A stretch of 59,038 nt of DNA, counting the filler. It is 8 parts of 8 records of this genome, joined end to end, with 100 filler letters (N's around TTAATTAATTAA, not from the genome) between each part and the next. Parts side by side here need not be neighbours in the genome. Positions count along the whole stretch, not along the records: positions 52,992 to 59,038 come from DRR723986_16985; 7 more parts are not named here. One strand, 5' to 3'. Positions 52,992-59,038 of this stretch are shown here, piece by piece; the stretch's first letter is position 1; every line of letters starts with the position of its first letter. A program made the translations under genes and the position numbers. The notes below the pieces were generated by a model. The model was not told the DNA's origin, made no database searches, and saw only the letters and a list, made by a program, of their open reading frames with translations.

Positions 52992-54567
52992 CGGTGCCGC
53001 CATAGCCGCCGGTCAGCCTGTCGAAACCCTTGTTGAACCACGCGCCGGGACCGCGCGCCGGCCCGTGCTTGGGCTTCAGCAGGGTCGCGCACAGCGCCGG
53101 CGTCAGGGTCAGCGCCACCAGCACCGACAGGGCCATGGCCGAGACGATGGTGATCGAGAACTGCCGGTAGATCACCCCGGTGGAGCCGCCGAAGAAGGCC
53201 ATCGGCACGAAGACCGCCGACAGCACCAGCGCGATGCCGATCAGCGCGCCGGTGATCTGGCCCATGCTCTTGCGGGTCGCCTCGCGCGGGGAGAGGCCCT
53301 CTTCCTCCATGATGCGCTCGACGTTTTCCACGACCACGATGGCGTCGTCCACCAGCAGACCGATGGCCAGAACCATGGCCAGCATGGTCAGCGTGTTGAT
53401 GGTGAACCCCGCCAGCGACAGGATCGCGAAGGTGCCGAGGATGACGACCGGCACCGCCAGCGTCGGGATCAGCGTCGCCCGCAGGTTCTGCAGGAACAGC
53501 AGCATCACCACGAAGACCAGCCCGATCGCCTCGAACAGCGTCTTCTGCACCTCGTGGATGGAAATCTCGACGAAGGGCGTGGTGTCATAGGGAATGACGT
53601 AGCTGACGCCTTCGGGGAAGAACGCGCTGTATTCCTCGATCCGCTCCTTCACCAGTTCGGCGGTGTCCAGCGCGTTCGCGCCCGACGCAAGGTTCAGCGC
53701 CATGCCCGAGGCGGGCTGGCCGTTGTACAGCGCGATGGTCGAATAGTTCTCGGCCCCGATCTCCACCCGCGCCACGTCCTGCAGCAGCACCAGACCGCCG
53801 TCGGTCTCGGAGCGCAGCACGATGTTGCGGAAATCCTCGGGCGTGGACAGCAGCGACTGTGCGGTGATCGTGGCGTTCAATTGCTGGCCCTCGGGCGCAG
53901 GCAGCGACCCGAAGGATCCCGCCGAGATCTGCGCGTTCTGGGCAGAGACGGCGGCGACCACGTCCGATGGCGTCATCTCGAAGGCCGCCATCTTGTTGGG
54001 ATCCAGCCAGATCCGCATGGCGTATTGCGCGCCAAAGACCTGCACGCCGCCGACGCCCTCGATCCGGCTGAAGGCGTCCACGAGGTTCGAGTTCAGGTAG
54101 TCCGACAGATCCGCCTGATCCATCCGCCCGTCCTCGGAGATCAGGCCGATCACCATGAAGAAGGACGAAGACGCCTTTTCGACCGGCACGCCCAGCCGCT
54201 GCACCGCCTCGGGCAGAAGCGGCGTCGCCTGCGCCAGCTTGTTCTGCACCTGCACCTGCGCCACGTCCGGATCGACGCCCGCCTCGAAGGTCAGCGTCAC
54301 GCTCGCCGTCCCCGCCGAGGTCGAGGAGGAGGACATGTAGCGCATGCCGTCCAGCCCCGTCATCTGCTGTTCGATGATCTGCGTCACCGTATTGGCCACC
54401 GTCTCGGCCGAGGCGCCGGGATAGACCGCGCTGATGCGGACGGAGGGCGGCGCGATCTGCGGATATTGCGCCACCGGCAGCGTGAAGACGGACAACAGCC
54501 CGACCCCCATGATGAAGATCGAGATCACCCAGGCAAAGACGGGCCGGTCGATGAAAAAGCGGGCCAT
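52992..54567 (-). CDS. HAE1 RND efflux permease (AcrB-like), 3'-truncated
   Basis: [40 protein letters not shown]. Confidence 0.97.
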
Positions 54568-54589
54568 ATGTGTGCTCCGTGCCTTGGGG

Positions 54590-55726
54590 TCAGTCTGTCG
54601 CGGTCGCGGCGGCGGCGGCGGTCACGGCGCGCTCTTCCGGCGCCACCACCATGCCCGGAGAGACCTTCTGCAGCCCCTCCACGATCACCCGGTCGCCGGC
54701 GGACAGCCCGCCGGTCACGACCCAATCGGCGCCCTGATCGCGCTGCACGGTCAGTTCGCGCGTCTCGACCACGTTGTCGGCGTTCACCACCATGGCGACG
54801 GGGCGGCCCCGGCGGTCGCGGGTCACGCCCTCCTGCGGGGCAAGGATCGCATCCGCGACCACGGCCTGCGGCATCTCGACCTGCACATACATGCCCGGCA
54901 GCAGGAACGCGTCGGGGTTCGGGAACTCCAGCCGCAGGACGACGACGCCGGTCTGCTCGTTCACATGCGGCTCGGCGGCGGCAAGGATGCCCGCGTGCTC
55001 GTAGGTCTCGCCATCGGCCAGCCGGAGGGAGACCTCGGCGCCCACCTCCTCGGCCACCAGCTGACCCGAGCGGCGCCACTTCAGGATCTCGGCGGCGGAT
55101 TGCGTCACGTCCACATAGACCGGATCGAGCTGCCGGATCACCGTCAGCGGCGTGGCCTGCCCCGATGTCACAAGCGCGCCCTGCGAGGTCTGGCTCAGCC
55201 CCACCGTCCCGGCGATGGGCGCCCGGATGGTGGTGCGGTCGAGGTCGATGCTCGTGGCCAGCACCTGCGCCTCGGCCACCTTCACCGCCGCCTCCGCCAC
55301 GTCGCGGGCGGCGATGGCATCGTCCAGCACCTGCTGGCTGCTGACGTTGCGGTCGCGCAGTTCCTGCTGGCGCTCCTCCTCGCGGCGGGCCGCGCGCAAC
55401 TGCGCCTCGGCCTGCGCCAGCCCCGCCTCGGCGGCGGCCTTCGCGGCCTCGTAGCTGGCGGCGTCGATCTGGTAGAGCGCGGCGCCCTGCTTCACCGGCT
55501 TGCCCTCGTCGAAGAGCCGCTCGATCACGATGCCGCTCACCTGCGGGCGCACCTCGGCCACGCCCGAGGCGGCGACCCGCCCGGGCAGCGCGGCGGTCAG
55601 GGTGACGTCGCGGGCCTCCAGCGTCACGACGGTCACGGGCTGGGGCGGACGCTCGCCGCCCTGCTGGGCAAGCGCGGGGGCGGCGGCGATGAGCAGCGAC
55701 AGGATGAGGATGGACAGCTTCGGCAT
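54590..55726 (-). CDS. RND periplasmic adaptor (AcrA-like)
   Basis: [30 protein letters not shown]; start moved to ATG 55726 (signal peptide MPKLSILIL). Confidence 0.93.
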   Translation of the reverse strand: MPKLSILILSLLIAAAPALAQQGGERPPQPVTVVTLEARDVTLTAALPGRVAASGVAEVRPQVSGIVIERLFDEGKPVKQGAALYQIDAASYEAAKAAAEAGLAQAEAQLRAARREEERQQELRDRNVSSQQVLDDAIAARDVAEAAVKVAEAQVLATSIDLDRTTIRAPIAGTVGLSQTSQGALVTSGQATPLTVIRQLDPVYVDVTQSAAEILKWRRSGQLVAEEVGAEVSLRLADGETYEHAGILAAAEPHVNEQTGVVVLRLEFPNPDAFLLPGMYVQVEMPQAVVADAILAPQEGVTRDRRGRPVAMVVNADNVVETRELTVQRDQGADWVVTGGLSAGDRVIVEGLQKVSPGMVVAPEERAVTAAAAATATD

Positions 55727-55778
55727 GACGGACTCCGGCAGAACATGTGCGCGGAGGGGCCGCGCCTTGTTTCCGGCA

Positions 55779-55804
55779 TTTACGGAACTGATCGGTTTTG
55801 TAAA
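55779..55804. promoter_or_regulatory. Candidate TetR operator
   Basis: TTTACGGAACTGATCGGTTTTGTAAA, 20/26 positions symmetric, between the divergent acrA-like and tetR-like genes. Confidence 0.6.
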
Positions 55805-55862
55805 GGTAGCCAGCGGGAACCCCGGCGATTTGTCGGGGGTTTTCCGGTCGGAGGTGGCGCGT

Positions 55863-56540
55863 TTGTCGCAGGAATCAGCAGAAGACAAGGGCGATGGGGC
55901 GGCAACGGTGCGCAGGCGCGGACGTCCTGTGCAGATGTGCCAGACGACCCGGCAGGCGCTGGTGCTCGACTGCGCCATGGCGCTGCTGTCCGAGCACGGC
56001 ACCGATGCGGTGACCATGGACGAGATCGCCCGCCGCGCTGGCATGTCCAAACGCACGCTCTACACGCTCTATCCCAGCCGCGCGGAATTGCTGGGCGCCG
56101 GGCTGCAACGCATGAGCGGCGCGCTGTTCCGCGCCCTGCGCCCGGACGAGCGCGAAGCCTCGCTGGAGGAACGGCTGCGCGTCCTGCTGACCTTCAACCC
56201 CAAGAAACTGCCGCACCGGGTGGTGATCGAGATGCTGCGCACGGTGATCGCCGCCGCGCGCACCTACCCCGAGATGGGGCGCAGCCTCTCGCGTTCGGGT
56301 CCCGGTCAGGTGGCGGTGCTGCTCGCCGCCGAACTCCGGCGCGCGCTGCAGACCGGCGAGATCGCCCTCGATCCGTCAGAGGTCGAGGGCGCGGCGGAAT
56401 TGCTGGTCGATATGGTGATGGGCAACGCGATCCCGGCGCTTCTGGACCCCGACCACATGCCCCGCGATCCCGAGGCCCAGGCCCAGCGCCGCGACCGCGC
56501 CATCCGCATCTTCCTGAACGGCGTCCGCCGCCACCCCTGA
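55863..56540 (+). CDS. TetR/AcrR family regulator
   Basis: RGRP, TMDEIARRAGMSKRTLY HTH; GGAGG RBS before TTG 55863 (start inferred). Confidence 0.9.
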   Translation: MSQESAEDKGDGAATVRRRGRPVQMCQTTRQALVLDCAMALLSEHGTDAVTMDEIARRAGMSKRTLYTLYPSRAELLGAGLQRMSGALFRALRPDEREASLEERLRVLLTFNPKKLPHRVVIEMLRTVIAAARTYPEMGRSLSRSGPGQVAVLLAAELRRALQTGEIALDPSEVEGAAELLVDMVMGNAIPALLDPDHMPRDPEAQAQRRDRAIRIFLNGVRRHP

Positions 56541-56682
56541 TTGCAACCGGCGGGGACACGACTTCAAAGACAGTGGGGGGCTGCGCCGCCCAACCGCCAC
56601 CCGGCGCCCCCGCGCCTCCACCTCAACCCGAAGGCACCGCCCGCCGGACCTCAGTCCAAGGCCGCGCGCCGGACCTCGCCTC

Positions 56683-57477
56683 CTAGCCGATCTTGACCTT
56701 GGGCCGCGTCACCGCCACGCGGAGCGCCTCGACCAGCGCCTCGCGCGGTTGCCCGGATTGCTGCGCCAGCCTGCGCAGGCCGAAATGCACATGCGCCATC
56801 TGCTGATAGTAGCTGGTATAGGCGTAATTCGTCGCCGCCCCCGCCGCGGCGCCCAGCACCGGCACCGTCTGGGTGGCCAGCTTCTGCCCCATGACCGTCG
56901 CCAGCCGGGGCGCGATCCGGTTGATGACGCCATGCACCGTCGCCCCGGTCAGCGTCACCCGCGCCGAGAGAAAGCCAAGGTCCGCGCCGTCGTCCTTCGC
57001 CAGGGGCCCCGCCGAGGCAAAGACCATCAGGCAATCCTTCGCCACCTCCGGGTCGGCGGGGTCGAAGCCATGTTCCGCCGCGATCCCCTGTATCGCCCGC
57101 AACAGCACCGTCGTCGTGACCGGCAGCTCCGCCAGCGCCGAGGGCAGGCCGCCCGCACCGCCCGCTGCGCCCATGGCCGTGGCGAGCGCCGTGTTCAGCC
57201 AGCCCTTCTGGTCCGGCACCACGCCGCGCGTGCCCTGCGCCGCGCGCATCGCCACCTCCAGCGCCCGGGCCGTCGCGCTCTCGAGCTGGTCCTTGACCCG
57301 GTCGGGCAGCTTCTCCAACAGGTTCTCGGCCTGCCCGCCGATCAGGTTCAGCACCTGCATCCCCACCGAGTTCGCCGCCTTGTAGCGCTTCGCCAGATCG
57401 GCGATCGCGGCATCGACGGAAACGGCCGGCAGGCTGCGGTCGCCCTCGGAAGAGACGGCTTCGGGTTCGACGGTCAT
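56683..57477 (-). CDS. EcsC family protein
   Basis: GAAGGAGGL..ALAELP....LLRAI..IA..HGFD, Q.VPVLGA.AGA..N; GAGGAG RBS before ATG 57477. Confidence 0.85.
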   Translation of the reverse strand: MTVEPEAVSSEGDRSLPAVSVDAAIADLAKRYKAANSVGMQVLNLIGGQAENLLEKLPDRVKDQLESATARALEVAMRAAQGTRGVVPDQKGWLNTALATAMGAAGGAGGLPSALAELPVTTTVLLRAIQGIAAEHGFDPADPEVAKDCLMVFASAGPLAKDDGADLGFLSARVTLTGATVHGVINRIAPRLATVMGQKLATQTVPVLGAAAGAATNYAYTSYYQQMAHVHFGLRRLAQQSGQPREALVEALRVAVTRPKVKIG

Positions 57478-57697
57478 GGCGGGCACTCCTCATATACTCG
57501 GCTATGAGATGTGGCCGCTCCCCGCCCCGGTCAAGCCACCCGCACGGGGACCGCCCGCCAGCGCCCCTCGCGGTCCGCCGCCCGGATCACGCAGAACCGC
57601 GCGGCCCGGCACCCCGTCCGCCGCCGCATCCGCCCCCCTCTCAAACCGGCAGACCAGCCACGAAAGCGCCCCGCGGCCCACGCCGCTAAGCCGCGCC

Positions 57698-58183
57698 TCA
57701 CCCCAGCCGCGTCACCGCGCCCCGGATCCCGTCCCAGGCCCCCTCGACCAGAGCCACCCCCAGCACCCGGTCGGGGTTGGTGGGCGGCGGCATCTCCACC
57801 CCCTCGAGTTTCTCGAAACCGAAGCGCGCATAATAGGGCGCGTCACCCACCAGCAGGATGCGCTCGTAATCCTGCTCGGTCGCGCGGGCCACGGTGTCGC
57901 GCACCAGCGCGCCGCCCAGCCCCTCGCCCTGCGCCGTGGGGTGCACCGCCACGGGCCCCAGAAGCAGCGCCTCGTGCAGCCCCACCATCACCGGCCAGCA
58001 GCGGATCGCCCCGCCGAGGTTGCCGTACTGGTCCCGCGCCACGCGGCACAGCCCGGCCACGGGCGGCACCTCGTCGCGCAGCCGGTAGGACGACAGCAGC
58101 GTCCGCCCCGGCGCGAAGCAGAGGTCATACAGCGCCTCGACCTCCCACCAGTCCTGCGGCATTTCCTGTGCAAGCGTGAACAC
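57698..58183 (-). CDS. GNAT acetyltransferase (YhbS-like)
   Basis: FAPGR...SYRLR, LLGPVAVHP..QGEGLG, LVGDAPYYARFGF; start GTG 58183. Confidence 0.9.
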   Translation of the reverse strand: MFTLAQEMPQDWWEVEALYDLCFAPGRTLLSSYRLRDEVPPVAGLCRVARDQYGNLGGAIRCWPVMVGLHEALLLGPVAVHPTAQGEGLGGALVRDTVARATEQDYERILLVGDAPYYARFGFEKLEGVEMPPPTNPDRVLGVALVEGAWDGIRGAVTRLG

Positions 58184-58258
58184 AGCGCCCCCGTGCATTT
58201 CAGACCGCGACCGCGTATCACGGGGCCGAACCCGACGCAAACCACGGAAAACGCCCCG

Positions 58259-58861
58259 ATGTTCTACCGCCCCGAAGACGGCCACGGCCTGCCGCACAAC
58301 CCCTTCAACGCCATCGTGACGCCGCGGCCCATCGGCTGGATCTCGACCCGCGGCGCGGACGGGCAGGACAACCTCGCGCCCTACAGCTTCTTCAACGCCG
58401 TGGCCTATACGCCGCCGCAGGTCATGTTCTCCTCGGTCTCGGCCAAGCCCGACCGGGGCGACACCAAGGACAGCGTCGCGCAGATCCGCGAGACCGGGGT
58501 CTTCTGCGTGAACATCGTCGAATACGCGATGCGCGACGCGATGAACCAGACCTCGGGCATGTGGAACAAAAGCGTCGACGAATTCGACCTCACCGGCCTC
58601 GAAAAGGCGCAATGCGAGACCATCGACTGCCCCCGCGTCGCCGCCGCCCCCGCCAACCTCGAATGCAAGCTGACGCAGATCTTGCAACTCCCCGGAGAGG
58701 CGAATTTCGCCGTCTTCGGAGAGGTCACAGGCGTCCACATGCGCGACAACTGCCTGAAGGACGGCATCTTCGACGTGCTCTCCTTCAACCCGCTCAGCCG
58801 GATGGGCTATCAGGACTACACCGTGGTGCGCGAAAAATTCTCGCTCCAACGCCCCGGCTGA
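58259..58861 (+). CDS. Flavin reductase-like (DIM6/NTAB) protein
   Basis: PFNAIVTPRPIGWIST, NLAPYSFFNAV, KDS...I.ETG.F.VN; start ATG 58259. Confidence 0.92.
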   Translation: MFYRPEDGHGLPHNPFNAIVTPRPIGWISTRGADGQDNLAPYSFFNAVAYTPPQVMFSSVSAKPDRGDTKDSVAQIRETGVFCVNIVEYAMRDAMNQTSGMWNKSVDEFDLTGLEKAQCETIDCPRVAAAPANLECKLTQILQLPGEANFAVFGEVTGVHMRDNCLKDGIFDVLSFNPLSRMGYQDYTVVREKFSLQRPG

Positions 58862-59038
58862 CCCCCACACCGGGACCGCACACAGGCGGCAGACCCGACC
58901 CAAGGCTCCGAAGACACCGGCACGCAACGAAAGACGCGCCCCCACCAAAGCGCAGGACAGGCCGGACACCGGCCTCTCCCCCACCCGGAACTTCCCACGC
59001 CAAAGAGCCCCCCGGTTTCTTCTGTCCGAAAATATCCC

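Noticed and set aside
53065-56686. 759-aa and 750-aa plus-strand ORFs over the RND genes, and similar shadows in other GC-rich contigs
   Set aside because: They overlap clearly recognisable genes and have low-complexity composition.

Overview
This window is not one locus. It is eight unrelated contig fragments joined by 100-nt spacers (N44-TTAATTAATTAA-N44), so gene context holds only within a fragment. Taxon labels are inferred from composition and protein style. (1) 1-11092, AT-rich Bacteroidota core region: icmF to dnaA to ligA and dapA. (2) 11193-16557, Marinobacter-like: Pat acetyltransferase, rdgC, yaaA, yciK, gph. (3) 16658-26496, accessory proteobacterial DNA: orphan KdpE-like regulator, tRNA-fMet remnant, and a dispersed BlaI / M56 / MBL / M13 / serine-hydrolase cluster. 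(4) 26597-32658, Hyphomonas-like: ccmF-ccmH, TPR-sulfotransferase, degP. (5) 32759-40263, Rhodobacteraceae: lepA to rpmB. (6) 40364-47604, very GC-rich and probably eukaryotic: one uninterrupted ORF of at least 2283 aa plus microsatellites. (7) 47705-52891, Rhodobacteraceae: rsfS-rlmH and glcDEF. (8) 52992-59038, Rhodobacteraceae: RND pump with a TetR regulator. The best leads are: a shared TACG-N8-CGTA palindrome upstream of three separately transcribed genes near blaI (candidate non-canonical BlaI/M56 regulon); the giant mosaic protein with three phage receptor-binding-like domains; a four-helix-bundle gene enclosed by inverted 8-bp repeat arrays; a DUF2946 CxxC/RGPP leader with a hairpin abutting the PCuAC RBS; and a secreted 12-Cys protein with four DxDxDG repeats. 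No database searches were run; all family calls come from motif recognition.
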